From: a virus
Strand: one strand, 5' to 3'
Virus genome (UHGV): UHGV-1372088
Length of the DNA: 64,000 nt
In this document: piece after piece, positions 29,101 to 38,757 of the stretch
Layout: every line of letters begins with the position of its first letter
Position numbering within the stretch: the stretch's first letter is position 1
Program-made: the position numbers and the translations under genes
The notes under the pieces: model-generated
Databases searched by the model: none
What the model saw: the letters and a program-made list of their open reading frames with translations, nothing else
Told to the model about the DNA's origin: nothing

Positions 29101-32100
29101 GCGCGTTGCCTCAACCGAGGGTAATGTTGAATCTCAGGGCAACAGCATCACTTCTCTGAAGAACGACCTGGCGACAACCAACGCCAACGTTTCGAAGAAA
29201 GCTGACTCGTCCGCTGTAGCGACAATCCAGAGCACGGTAACGCAGCAGGGCAAGGACATTGCATCCTCCGCGTCCGACATCTCATCGCTGAAGAATAGTC
29301 TCGCCACAACGGACAGCAACGTCGCGAAGAAGGCGGACGCCTCAGCACTGCAAACTCTGCAAAACACGGTAACACAGCAGGGTAAAGATCTGACCAGCGT
29401 TGGCAATCGTGCAACGGCGCTGGAGAACAGCCTCAAAACGACGAACGACAATGTTGCGACCAAGGCCGATGCCTCCGCGCTGTCAACGCTTCAGAATACC
29501 GTATCACAGCACGGTGATTCCATTGCGTCTCAGAGCGACTCAATAACCAGTCTGAAAAACAGCGTCGGTTCTTTGGTTAACATGGGCGACAATCTGGTTC
29601 AGGACTCCAGCTTTGACAACGGCGGGCAAACGTTCAGGACTCAGCAAAATTCTGGAACATCTGGAAGTATTGTTGCGTTTGGCGCGTTTGGTGAAAACTC
29701 GGCCGGTGTGCGTATGGTTAAAGTCAACGGTACGTCGCCTGGTCTGTTCGCTAACGGCAAACTGCCAGTTCCGGTAAATGGCGCGAGAAAATACCGTTAC
29801 ATTGTTCGCGCGAAGGGTGTTTCCGGGGCAATGAATATGCTGCTGCGCCGCTGGAATTTTAACGGCAATACGGAAGGGGCGTATGAAGACAAGAACAATA
29901 CGCTGACAACCGACTGGCAAACCATCACCTGGGACACATCCTTCTCGCCGAAAGACGGCGTTGACGGTCAGTCCTTTGGCATCTACTGCCATCCGAACAA
30001 TGGCGAGATCTGGATTGATTCATTCCAGGTGTTCGACATTACCGATGCGACCAACAATGAGACGACGGCCAGCGCGTTAAGCAATCTGTCGACGACCGTT
30101 TCCAGGCAGGGTGAAACCGTCACCTCTCAGGGTACGGCGATCACCAAGTTGCAGAATGACCTCAGCTCCACCAAGACCGATCTGGCTAAGAAAGCGGATG
30201 CATCGGCGCTTCAGACACTGCAAAGCACCGTGACCGATCAGGGTAAGACGCTGACCAGCCAGGGTGATGCGATCACGGCGCTGAATAACACCGTTAATAC
30301 GGTGAAAGGTGATGTGGCAAAGAAAGCCGACTCCTCTGCGCTTCAGAATCTTCAGAGCACCGTAACACAGCAGGGTAAAGACATCTCCACCAATGCCAGC
30401 AACATCACGGCGCTGACTGGAAACCTTGCCACCACAAACGCTGCCGTCGCAACGAAAGCTGATGCTTCTGCGTTGAACAACCTCACAACGAGAGTGACCC
30501 AGAACGAGAAGAACATCTCTTCTCAAAGTGACGCCGTAACGAAGCTGTCCAACACGGTAAGCAACATCGCGGTAGGTAGCGCAAACCTGATTCCGAACTC
30601 CGGCACAATGGAGGGATGGTCTGACGTCATTAGCGACACCTATCGTGGCAACAAGGTCTTCTCGTTCACGAGAAAAGCCAACAGCTCAAGCTACGTTCAG
30701 TCGAACGAGATTGTGCTGGCCGGCCCGGTGGACTCCGACAGCTACGTCTACAGCTTCTGGGCGAAAGCCGCGAAGGATGGCACTGTCATCAACGCCTACT
30801 TCTACAACCCAAGCAACACGACCGGTTCTGAAACAAGCCAGGGTGTTAAGGGTAGCAGTTCTGATGGCTCTGCGGCGATCACACTGACCACCTCATGGGC
30901 GCGTTATTGGGTTAAGTGGACTCATTCTCCGACAACCGGAACGAAGCGCTTCATTCCGGCGCGACTGAACAATTCCTCAACTGCCGACCAGACTGTCTTC
31001 ATCAGCTCGCCGCAGCTGGAAACCGGCAACGTCGTAACCGACTGGAAAGCGGCAGACAGTGATTTCGCCTCAGCCTCCGCGCTCAGTACGCTGACCAGCC
31101 GTGTAACCTCGGATGAAGGCGTTATTTCATCTCAGGGTTCGGCAATCGCCGATCTGAAAAACAGTCTGGCGACAACAAACTCGACCGTTGCAACAAAGGC
31201 GGACGCTTCAGCGTTGAGTTCGCTTCAGAACACCGTAACCAAGCAGGGTACGGACCTGAAGTCGGCGTCTGATTCCATCACGACGCTGAAGAACAGCATC
31301 GCGGCGACTGATGCCAATGTTGCCAAGAAAGCGGACGCATCCGCTCTCCAGACGCTCCAGAGCACCGTCTCTACGCAAGGGGATAAGATTGCCAGTCAGG
31401 GTAATTCTATCACCAGCCTGGGCAACTCACTGGACACCGTGAAGGGCGATGTTGCGAAGAAGGCGGACACTACGGCTTTGAATAACCTTTCTACTCGGGT
31501 TAGCAATGCCGAAGATAAGATCAGCAGCAGCAGTGACGCCATCACTTCGCTGAACAGCTCGCTGAATCAGCAGTCTAAGCGCGGCGCAAACATCCTGCCA
31601 GACGGGACGTTCGAGAGCTATTCGAGCGGGTACAATATCACCAATGGTCGCGTCATCGTGACTGCTGACGATTCTCACGGCGGAAACAAATGCATCCGTG
31701 TGACACGTCCGAACGACTACACTAATTATACAGATAACAGTGACAACCACATCTTCAGCGGCTTCCAGGTTCGCGACAACGCGGTATTCTATGTTGAGTG
31801 CTGGGTTAAGCTGGACGCCAAGAGCACGACGATGGATGGCTCGGTGCAGATTGCGGTCGGCATGTCGTTGCAGTATCAGGATAACTCCTGGCAGTGGCCG
31901 GCACTCATTAAGTCGGCAAAAGATCTGTCCGCAGACACCTGGACGAAAGTCAGTGGCTATCTGAAGAGCAGCAAGAGCGGTATCAAACAGGCGATGGTGC
32001 GGATCTCCATACCAAACGTATCGACTGTTAAGGCGGGTAACTCCTTCCTCGTCGATGATTTTGTCATTACCGACGTGACAGACGCCTATAATGCCCAGCA

Positions 32101-35100
32101 GACGGCTGATGCCACTGCGAGCGCGGTATCAACGCTTCAGACGACTGTGTCCAGGCAGGGCGACAGCATCACCTCGCAGGGCGACAGCATCACAACCCTG
32201 AATAATGGCCTGGCCACGGCGAACAAAGCCATTGGCACCAAGGCTGATGCCTCCGCGCTGTCATCGCTGCAAAACACCGTTACCCAGCAGGGTGAAGACG
32301 TTGCTGCCAACACCAACAATATCACTGCGCTGTCAAATCAGGTTGTCAACGGCAAGCAGGACACTTGGGCTCGCCGCATCTACAAGTGCCAGCTTGCCAA
32401 CGCCGGCACCGAACCGACGTTTAGCGACATTCAGGGGCTTTCCCCGGTATTTATGGATGAAGTGGCCGACGCAGCCAGGATGGACTTCTCTGGCGCCGGA
32501 TCGTATGTAGTCGCGCATTACAAGGCGATGGTTCGTGTTGCTGCGGATACCACCATCTCTGTGTCGCCTGGCTCTCGTGTGTTTGATGACTCCGGTGCGG
32601 TGTATGTGAATGGTGTTCGTCAGGCTGCTGCGTTGTCTGGAACAGCTGTACTCAATTTCACACTGTCCGCCGGCTGGAATACTGTAGAGTTTCTGGTTAA
32701 CCAGTGGACCGGTAATGCCTATGTCAATCTGGGCTTCAAGCTGGGCGACAAGGTTGCCGAGCTGTATTCTGGTCTGGGCGTCTCTTCACTGTCTTCGGCG
32801 CTGAACTCGATCAGCTCCAACGTCAGCAAGGTGGGTGATCAGGTTTCCAGCAACAGCACGGCGATCACCTCTCTGAAGAACGGCCTGAGCGATACCAACT
32901 CTACCGTTGCGAAGAAAGCGGACGCTTCGGCTCTTCAGACGCTGCAAAACACGGTTACTCAGCAAGGTAAGGATATTGCAAGCCAAAGCGACAGTGTTAC
33001 GAATCTCAGCAACGCACTAAGTAACGTTTCTATTGGTGGCGTCAACCTGATCAAAAACTCAGGCGACATGGCCGGGTGGTCTGGTAAAACCAATGAAATC
33101 TTCCGTGGCAATGCGGTGATTAGCGCGACTACTAAAGCGGGCAGTTCCTACCGAGATCTCAAGGAGATTACTCTCGACGCTCCAGTCGACAATGCAGAGT
33201 ACGTTTACAGTTTCTTTGCAAAAGGCGGTGAGAACGGCCAGAGCATGACCGCTTACTTCTACAATCCTAACTCGACGATATCTAGTGTTAGTAGCCAGGG
33301 TGTGTCAGGCGGTGATGTCGATGGTCGTATGTCATTCACTTTGACAACTGAGTGGGTTCGTTATTGGGTTAAGTGGAAGCAGAAGCCGGGAACTGGATCT
33401 AAGAGACTAATCCTTGCTCGCATCCAAGCATCTTCGACGAAAGATCAGACCGTCTCTATCACCAGCCCTAAGCTGGAAGTTGGCAATATGCCTACAGAGT
33501 GGTCTCCGGCGCCGAGCGATATGGCATCGTCTAACGATCTGTCATCGCTGAAGACTACGGTTGACGCGAATAGCGGCGCTATTCAGTCTGTAACCTCTCG
33601 CGTCCAGAAAACTGAAGACAATATCTCCACGCAGAATACCGCGATCACTAAGCTTCAGGGTGATTTGTCGACCACCAACAATCTGTTTTCCACGAAGGCT
33701 GATTCCACCGCGCTTCAGACGCTGTCAGGTCGCGTCGATAAGACGGAGTCCAGCATCAGCACCCAGAACGATGCAATAACCAAGCTGAACAGCAGCCTTG
33801 ATACCACAAATAAAGCTGTGGCTAAAAAGGCGGAGCAGTCGTCTCTCGATACGCTGAGCGGCCGGGTATCCAGCACTGAAAATGGGATCACGGCGGCGAA
33901 CTCCAGCATCACGTCTCTGAATGCGGCTATTCGCGCAGAGAACGCGAGCAGTGGGGATTTGATTACTAACCCTACATTTGACCCTCAGTACGCTCAGATG
34001 GGCTTTACCGTCGTCACAACCGACACAGATGGTGTTCCAGCAAACTGTCCATTCAGATATGCGGCTAAACTTGCGTCCCGTGACCATCATCCGAACTTCA
34101 ACGCCATCGTTGCAACATTGGGCGATGTGTTTGAGATTTCGGTGCTGGTGGCGTGCGGCGCTGGGAATGCTGACTTTAACCTCTATCTTTGCACAGCAAA
34201 CGGCCCAACTGGTGGGATAGGTGCCCCGCTTTATAATGGCGGAAATACCAAAGCTACAAGCACCTGGACTCGCGTAACATGGAAGTTCACTGTTAGCCAG
34301 GCAATGGTTGACAAAGGCTACATTCGTCCGTTCCTGCAAATCAACCAGTCTTCACCGTTCGGTACGATCTGGTACGTCACTGACTGGCATATGCGCAACA
34401 TCACTGCGGCATCAAAGGCGCAGGATACGGCGAATGCCACCTCTAAGGCGGTCGATTCTCTGACGTCCACGGTGAACCAACAGGGCAGCGATATTTCCTC
34501 GATCGGCTCTCGTACAACGTCGCTTGAGAATGGTCTTAGCACCACAAACGCCAACGTTTCGAAGAAGGCTGATTCTTCTGCGCTTCAGACGCTACAGAAC
34601 TCGGTAACACAGCAAGGCAATGACATTTCTGGCCAAGGTTCTCGCGTAACGTCTCTGGAAAATAACCTGACGGCCGGAGCAAACCTCATTCCTAACCCAG
34701 CGATGCTTAACGGCGCTCAGGGTTGGGGTGGTTCTGAGACAACTGTTGATGGTTACGCGGCGGTCGTCAGCAGCTCAGGCTGGGGACCATCGTCGTCCTA
34801 CTTCCAAGTGACGCCAGGCGACATTATCGATTTGAGCCTGATGAGCCAGAGCGCGGGCGCAGCATCCATCTCATGGGGACTCCGCTTCGACGGCCCTGGA
34901 CTGAGCAATTTCTGTCTCTACGCCCCTGCGTTGACCTTCGCGGCTGGCGAGAAGAAGAGTGTATCTGCGGCTATTACCGTACCTGCTGGCGCAACAAAGG
35001 CGATGTTCCAGGCAAGCGCTAGGGCGACTTCCGCACGTACCGTATATAACATCATTGCTACCCGCCGTGATGCTGGAACCAAAGCCAACAGCTCTGCGAT

Positions 35101-38100
35101 TGATACGTTGAACAGCACCGTCAAAACGCAAGGTGACACGCTTAGCTCGATCGGAAGTCGTACAACTTCGCTGGAAAATGGGCTGAGTAGCGCTAACAGC
35201 GCTCTCTCACTGAAAGCGGACGCGTCGGCACTGTCATCGCTGACAAATACAGTGACCCAACAAGGCAAGGATCTGGATGCAGCAGAAGCCAATATAACTG
35301 CGGCGAACACCAGCATCACCTCCATGCAGGCGTCTCTGACTCGTCGCACTGTATTTACGGTAACGGCGAAAGGCAACGGTAACAGCGCTAATCACGGTTT
35401 CTTTGATGAGTCAGGTAAAAATCTGTTTACGCCTGGTCGCAGCTATGCGCTGATCACGTTTAAAGCGAATAGCGACGGCTCGACGGTCATTAATACCAGC
35501 AAAACCTATGACGTTTTTGGCTCTGCCAACAACGGGAAGGCGATGTCTGACGATATTGCGGCTCTGGCTAATGGCGTTTACGTTTGCGTGATGACTTATG
35601 ACGAGCCGTCGGGTCAGCGTAACTCGATTGCATCTGCCTTAGAGTTGCTCGGTGGCACAACTGAAGTTATTAACTCTCTGCCATATCGCGGCGCGTACAT
35701 TCTCCTTGGCCGTAAAGGCATGAAGGCCGGCGACGGTCTGGAGTTACGCGCACCTACAGGTGGTGACTCCAGCGCATTTATTTCCACGTCCGTTGAGTTT
35801 GTGAACGGGGTAATGATGGGGTTGGGCGCCGCCGGCGGTGTGATGATGAAGGCGGATGCGAACGCCAGTGCAATCACCACTCTGCAAAACACCGTTAAGC
35901 AGCAGGGCGACACTATCGCTTCGAGCAGTAGTGCCATCACCTCTCTGCAAAACGACATGAGGACGGTTAATGACAATGTCTCTAAAAAGGCAGATGCATC
36001 GGCGCTTCAGACTTTGCAGAACACGGTAACGCAGCAGGGTAAAGATATCTCTACCCAAAGCGCGTCGCTGACGCAGCTCAATAACAGCCTCAGCGCGACG
36101 AATGCCAGCATCGATGCGTCGGGCAAGATCCCTGGGAACCTGATCGTCAACTCGTCATTCGAGCGCGATAAAGATGGCTACACCGGCTGGAGCTCTATCG
36201 CCTCCGTCATCGCAGCGTCGGTGCCACACTCAGGAAGTAAAATCCTCAAGCTGGCTGCCGGCGGATCTGTGTTAGTCGGGCAGGACGTTACCTATCTGAA
36301 GGGTCGCACCTATAAAATCGGCGCATGGGCTAAGCAGGATTCAGGCACCGTTATTCAGGCTGCGGACAACACGAAGTTCCGTATCGCGGATAGCACAGGT
36401 TTGCTGGCTAGTAGTGTTTACGGTCCTTTCACGTCAAACTGGCAGGAGATTAGCTTCACCTGGAGGCCGGGTAAAGATGTGACAGCGGCGACACAGATCA
36501 CCGCCTACCTGTCCGCCGGTGCGATGTATTTCGACGACTTCTACGTTATCGACATCACCGACCGCGTCGATCTGGATGCCACGGTGTCTGCGGTTTCCGG
36601 TCTGACGACGAGAGTGTCCAATGCTGAAGGGAATATTTCTTCCCAATCCGACAGCATCACCACTCTGAACAACGGTCTTAGCACTCTGAACAAGACGGTC
36701 AGCACCAAGGCCGATGCCACGGCGCTGTCTTCACTTCAGAATACCGTGACGCAGCAGGGCAAGGATATTTCGTCGGCGAGCGGAAGCATCACCAGCCTTC
36801 AGAGCAGCCTGAATACGATCAAGGTTCAGAGCAACCCTTGGATTGACGGTACGTTTGAAACCTATGACAACAATCAGCAGCTGGGCGGCAGCACTGCGAT
36901 TGTAACGACGGACTTCAAGAACAGCGGCAACAAATGTCTGAAGGTTACTCGCCCAGCCAATACCAGCGGGAATTCCGACAAGACGATCGGCTCCTATTCT
37001 GCGGTGCGCCAGAGCGCGAAATATCGCGTTGAGTTTTGGGCTATGATGCCGGCAAGTGAAGCCCCGCCGTCTGGCTGGACTGTGGTCGTTGGTCTGCACT
37101 CCATCAACAAAGATGGTGGGAATGACTGGCAGGGCATTGCGTTCGACGAGGCTGGTCTTGGCGGTCGCGACCAGTGGGTTAAGTTTACTGGTGTAGTGAA
37201 AGTGAGTCCGAGCGTTACCCGTAGCCATGTATGGATTTCTACTCGTGGTCAGAGTGGCTCCAACACACCTGGATACGCGGTGTACATTGATGATTTCGTC
37301 ATTACCGATATCACTGATGCTGCGGATGCACAGGCTACGGCGGATGCGAACGCAACAGCAATCTCATCGTTGCAGACGAAGGTCAGCGATATCGATGGGA
37401 AAGTGACTGCCCAAACGTCGCAACTGTCTTCCATGCAGTCGAAGGTAGATGCGTCTTCTTCGAAAGTGGATCAGCTGTCTAAGACCATTTCGGACAGTCA
37501 GAGCACTCAGGCATCGTTGAACACCAGTCTTCAGTCTCAGATTGATGCCCAGGCTTCGGCCAACATCAAAAACCAGGCTGATCTGAACTCGGCGGCCACG
37601 AGCATTGCGACCATTAAGTCTACGCAGTCCACACAGGCTACGCAGCTTAGCGCAATTGCCAAGCAGCAAACCGATATGACGGCATCGCTGGACAATCAGT
37701 CGGCATCTATTCAGACGCTTCAGGAGTCTGTCGCGAACAACGATTCTCTGAAGAGCACCTGGATGGTGAAGATGGAGACGAACAGCGCCGGCCAGAAATA
37801 TGCAGCGGGTATCGCGCTGGGTGTGGATGGGAAGAGCCAGCAAAGCCAGTTCTTGGTTCAGGCAGATCGCTTCGCGCTGATTAATACCAGCAACGGCAAT
37901 ACGACGACACCGTTTGTGATCGATAACGGTGTGACGTACATGAATGCCGCTTACATCAAAGATGGGGCGATCACGAACGCGAAAATTGGTGGTGAGATTA
38001 GGTCTGACAACTTCGTAGACGGATCTCAGGGCTGGCGTGTCGGAAAGGATGGTTCTTCTCAGTTCCACAACGTCGTTGTCCGAGGACATGTTGAGGCCAA

Positions 38101-38704
38101 CAGTGGATCGTTCAGAGGCGCTGTTTATGCTACTGACGGTTGGTTCCAGGGCACCGTATACGCGAACCGTATTGAGGGCGACATTGGTTCCTTCGCCATC
38201 AACATCGCACAGCACCGCACGCGTAAAGTGCCGAAGGCGACATGGCAATGGTTCGAGCTGGCCAGATTCCGTCGCCAGAGCTTCGACCAGGTGATCAACA
38301 TTCGCGGCGGTCTATTGCAGACCGACAGCATCACCATCGACGGCGGCGCGAAACTCCGGGCGGGTATGTCGTATTCTTCCGGCGCAGATGGAGGCCTTAA
38401 TCCAGGATTCCTGTCACACGCCATGTTGTTGCGTGCCACTGGCGCAACTTCTGGCGGCGGCAGCATGGAGATCGGCATTGAGCTTATGTACGAAACAGGT
38501 GGGTGGGACCGCCTGCTGACGGCACAAGGGGAGATGAACGTCGACAATATGTCGTTTGTTGTTCCAGCTGGCAGTGGGGATGCAGTTCTTCGTTATGGTT
38601 GTTATCTTGACCGTAACGGGCAAATGGTATTAACCATCCTTTCACGATTCGACGCTTTTTCGGCGCGGAATAACAATGTAATTCGTGGATCGTCCACACC
38701 GTAA
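23192..38704 (+). CDS. J: giant central tail fibre / tip attachment protein J homologue (5170 aa) with inserted tandem CBM4_9-like modules
   Basis: N-terminal ~850 aa are collinear with lambda gpJ (NYPNSALVGLRVNSEQFGS, FN3 region). C-terminal ~330 aa match the gpJ C-terminal region (WMVKMETNSAGQKYAAGIALGV...FLVQADRFALI). Between them lies ~3.9 kaa of repeats. Confidence 0.85.
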   Translation: MEQFKKRKLPEIIAGAGGKKSSGSSRTPVEADDTVNSNVKVSILDLLGEGVIGGLKDGAKSIFLNDLPLQNSDDTYNHSGVTWWFRDGSQDQSIIEGFDYTETPKTIGLQVKKTSAVTMAVDSDSADRFRVILKFPSLKSVDKKTGDTSGTSVTYKFQVSSAGGAFVDVAPEGESSGTVTLTAKKAGVYYRSYILNLPKPGSKYQVRVVRVTDDNKDTTYLANDIYVDTVGEIINTNMNYPNSALVGLRVNSEQFGSSMPSRSYLISGMKIRVPSNYDEVTNEYRGTWDGSFKLMSSSNPAWILYDLVTNKRYGLGEFVRESMFDLGQLYQIGRYCDALVDDGFGGKEKRFAINTQITTLQDAYRCVQDIAGAFRGMVYWAGGMVHVTQDSPSDPIAIYSNSNVIDGRFSYKGSARKDRPSVALITYNNKEDNYKQNIEYVEDLEAIERYGIRKTESVAFGCTSRGMAHRVGLWTLYTGRMESDVITFQTGMDSAFLVPGDVILIHDKFRAGRRNSGRVVASTANSITLDSTVDMTKAGTITFINAEGRMISRDILESGVVSKVTFKDAVNEADRPVADGIWVISQSDLKPLQARVVGVTQGEDGVGSTITCIQNNPSKYAAIDDGAVLIPQNTTVLDPTFSKPENLKITEGTYLSSPGNLNVSLTATWEGKSAEYWVSWRRSDAGNVSNWQTAKVNEEQFEVKPVAESGKYDFQVYGVSVSGRKTEILSTTYQVLGTMTPPGAPSSLTAVGDYRQIILGWSNPSSVDLDHIQIYASKTNDVTKATLLAKSTTTNFTHSGLEDSVTWYYWIRSANKRGMTSDWSSKLGTSAMTRDVLSFLQNKITESELAKDLLADIDSKAVAAEVDASIEDAKSEATAQVEAAKKEASSALSAAQVTLNNAINQEATDRNNAVADEAKQRSQAISAEADARTKAISDEAIARADAITKESDTRTRAMADEVTARNKAVADEAAARTKAVSDEAVARAKAVSDEVAARTKAVADEATARAKAISDEAAARATAISDSVAVEATARAKAIADSASSLSDKIEKEVTDRVKAVSDLDTKTANAISSESSSRIAAISDEAKTRADAILQEKNSRQAEIKNVSAQMQTANESLAQQISQVAAGTGEQFDSLKIWYFDAQTTEGWSGNKSAILSADGWIRSGNGVDAWLTSPAGLAIAGASYRFMKMRIRKVGNPVWEGAIRWITKSGDSFNNTNFITVSEPEYNAQGVATLTASDIKWNNDTVHQIRLDLSISTDDSNYIEVDWIAVGRPTPGAGMAALQDEKTARTNADAAEAASRSTLATQLRGSYDGTDITKLSSGLIFQEQQARVTADKVEATARQSLETKVNDSVSSINKSLDTLNTKDQAMASDITGLKSSLDDKADASAVQTLKATVEQQGSNISTQGQSITKLQGDLNTTNTNVGKKADQTAMTALQGTVTQQGKDIAAANSSISTLKSSLDTTNDAVAKKADATAVSDLSSRVSATEGSVSSQGDSIVQLNNSLSNALADSDASAKTPNNLIVNPSFERGMDGYIGASSLSTVVTVQIPHVGTKALKIDPGSSVSPGQYIDFVKGRTYEIGVWVKQVSGTTDNGQGNNKLRVGNSAGAPVFEVPFANLTIDWTKVSKRWKATETGSLPVTLSNYLTAGNRYFDDFYVIDVTDAVNIDASASAISSLQSTVTQQGKDISSQSTSIAGLNNSLNTTNENVAKKADSSAVQTLQNTVTQQGKDISAANSDITNLKGSLDATNDKVATKADASAMSDLASRVSQNEKGIATQSDSLTKLSNKVSSIDVGGVNLITNGDMSAAPVSLLSTTTSFKSFDRTVTADVRGMSVVTPRSITLSVWFKELSSGFGTTKPFTSVVIGKSAAGDNWGVRFYASNGSVSQKGDMFVWTGTINLKAGDTLFNDPTTIRFILEDKTQKTGAIFYRVKLENGNIATDWSASPDEVKSGLDANASALNALTTRVASTEGNVESQGNSITSLKNDLATTNANVSKKADSSAVATIQSTVTQQGKDIASSASDISSLKNSLATTDSNVAKKADASALQTLQNTVTQQGKDLTSVGNRATALENSLKTTNDNVATKADASALSTLQNTVSQHGDSIASQSDSITSLKNSVGSLVNMGDNLVQDSSFDNGGQTFRTQQNSGTSGSIVAFGAFGENSAGVRMVKVNGTSPGLFANGKLPVPVNGARKYRYIVRAKGVSGAMNMLLRRWNFNGNTEGAYEDKNNTLTTDWQTITWDTSFSPKDGVDGQSFGIYCHPNNGEIWIDSFQVFDITDATNNETTASALSNLSTTVSRQGETVTSQGTAITKLQNDLSSTKTDLAKKADASALQTLQSTVTDQGKTLTSQGDAITALNNTVNTVKGDVAKKADSSALQNLQSTVTQQGKDISTNASNITALTGNLATTNAAVATKADASALNNLTTRVTQNEKNISSQSDAVTKLSNTVSNIAVGSANLIPNSGTMEGWSDVISDTYRGNKVFSFTRKANSSSYVQSNEIVLAGPVDSDSYVYSFWAKAAKDGTVINAYFYNPSNTTGSETSQGVKGSSSDGSAAITLTTSWARYWVKWTHSPTTGTKRFIPARLNNSSTADQTVFISSPQLETGNVVTDWKAADSDFASASALSTLTSRVTSDEGVISSQGSAIADLKNSLATTNSTVATKADASALSSLQNTVTKQGTDLKSASDSITTLKNSIAATDANVAKKADASALQTLQSTVSTQGDKIASQGNSITSLGNSLDTVKGDVAKKADTTALNNLSTRVSNAEDKISSSSDAITSLNSSLNQQSKRGANILPDGTFESYSSGYNITNGRVIVTADDSHGGNKCIRVTRPNDYTNYTDNSDNHIFSGFQVRDNAVFYVECWVKLDAKSTTMDGSVQIAVGMSLQYQDNSWQWPALIKSAKDLSADTWTKVSGYLKSSKSGIKQAMVRISIPNVSTVKAGNSFLVDDFVITDVTDAYNAQQTADATASAVSTLQTTVSRQGDSITSQGDSITTLNNGLATANKAIGTKADASALSSLQNTVTQQGEDVAANTNNITALSNQVVNGKQDTWARRIYKCQLANAGTEPTFSDIQGLSPVFMDEVADAARMDFSGAGSYVVAHYKAMVRVAADTTISVSPGSRVFDDSGAVYVNGVRQAAALSGTAVLNFTLSAGWNTVEFLVNQWTGNAYVNLGFKLGDKVAELYSGLGVSSLSSALNSISSNVSKVGDQVSSNSTAITSLKNGLSDTNSTVAKKADASALQTLQNTVTQQGKDIASQSDSVTNLSNALSNVSIGGVNLIKNSGDMAGWSGKTNEIFRGNAVISATTKAGSSYRDLKEITLDAPVDNAEYVYSFFAKGGENGQSMTAYFYNPNSTISSVSSQGVSGGDVDGRMSFTLTTEWVRYWVKWKQKPGTGSKRLILARIQASSTKDQTVSITSPKLEVGNMPTEWSPAPSDMASSNDLSSLKTTVDANSGAIQSVTSRVQKTEDNISTQNTAITKLQGDLSTTNNLFSTKADSTALQTLSGRVDKTESSISTQNDAITKLNSSLDTTNKAVAKKAEQSSLDTLSGRVSSTENGITAANSSITSLNAAIRAENASSGDLITNPTFDPQYAQMGFTVVTTDTDGVPANCPFRYAAKLASRDHHPNFNAIVATLGDVFEISVLVACGAGNADFNLYLCTANGPTGGIGAPLYNGGNTKATSTWTRVTWKFTVSQAMVDKGYIRPFLQINQSSPFGTIWYVTDWHMRNITAASKAQDTANATSKAVDSLTSTVNQQGSDISSIGSRTTSLENGLSTTNANVSKKADSSALQTLQNSVTQQGNDISGQGSRVTSLENNLTAGANLIPNPAMLNGAQGWGGSETTVDGYAAVVSSSGWGPSSSYFQVTPGDIIDLSLMSQSAGAASISWGLRFDGPGLSNFCLYAPALTFAAGEKKSVSAAITVPAGATKAMFQASARATSARTVYNIIATRRDAGTKANSSAIDTLNSTVKTQGDTLSSIGSRTTSLENGLSSANSALSLKADASALSSLTNTVTQQGKDLDAAEANITAANTSITSMQASLTRRTVFTVTAKGNGNSANHGFFDESGKNLFTPGRSYALITFKANSDGSTVINTSKTYDVFGSANNGKAMSDDIAALANGVYVCVMTYDEPSGQRNSIASALELLGGTTEVINSLPYRGAYILLGRKGMKAGDGLELRAPTGGDSSAFISTSVEFVNGVMMGLGAAGGVMMKADANASAITTLQNTVKQQGDTIASSSSAITSLQNDMRTVNDNVSKKADASALQTLQNTVTQQGKDISTQSASLTQLNNSLSATNASIDASGKIPGNLIVNSSFERDKDGYTGWSSIASVIAASVPHSGSKILKLAAGGSVLVGQDVTYLKGRTYKIGAWAKQDSGTVIQAADNTKFRIADSTGLLASSVYGPFTSNWQEISFTWRPGKDVTAATQITAYLSAGAMYFDDFYVIDITDRVDLDATVSAVSGLTTRVSNAEGNISSQSDSITTLNNGLSTLNKTVSTKADATALSSLQNTVTQQGKDISSASGSITSLQSSLNTIKVQSNPWIDGTFETYDNNQQLGGSTAIVTTDFKNSGNKCLKVTRPANTSGNSDKTIGSYSAVRQSAKYRVEFWAMMPASEAPPSGWTVVVGLHSINKDGGNDWQGIAFDEAGLGGRDQWVKFTGVVKVSPSVTRSHVWISTRGQSGSNTPGYAVYIDDFVITDITDAADAQATADANATAISSLQTKVSDIDGKVTAQTSQLSSMQSKVDASSSKVDQLSKTISDSQSTQASLNTSLQSQIDAQASANIKNQADLNSAATSIATIKSTQSTQATQLSAIAKQQTDMTASLDNQSASIQTLQESVANNDSLKSTWMVKMETNSAGQKYAAGIALGVDGKSQQSQFLVQADRFALINTSNGNTTTPFVIDNGVTYMNAAYIKDGAITNAKIGGEIRSDNFVDGSQGWRVGKDGSSQFHNVVVRGHVEANSGSFRGAVYATDGWFQGTVYANRIEGDIGSFAINIAQHRTRKVPKATWQWFELARFRRQSFDQVINIRGGLLQTDSITIDGGAKLRAGMSYSSGADGGLNPGFLSHAMLLRATGATSGGGSMEIGIELMYETGGWDRLLTAQGEMNVDNMSFVVPAGSGDAVLRYGCYLDRNGQMVLTILSRFDAFSARNNNVIRGSSTP

Positions 38705-38707
38705 CAT

Positions 38708-38730
38708 GGCGCCCCGGAAGGGCGCCCTTT
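38708..38730 (+). terminator. hairpin ggcgccc cggaa gggcgcc followed by ttta
   Basis: Stem-loop 4 nt after the J stop. Confidence 0.5.
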
Positions 38731-38757
38731 ATACCGAATTAACTAAAGGAAGAGATA

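Noticed and set aside
23192-38704. Periodic nucleotide repeats in the J gene considered as a possible CRISPR array or DGR target
   Set aside because: The repeats are in-frame coding repeats (33-aa units) with diverged DNA copies and no spacer-like unique inserts. No reverse transcriptase or cas gene is present in the window.
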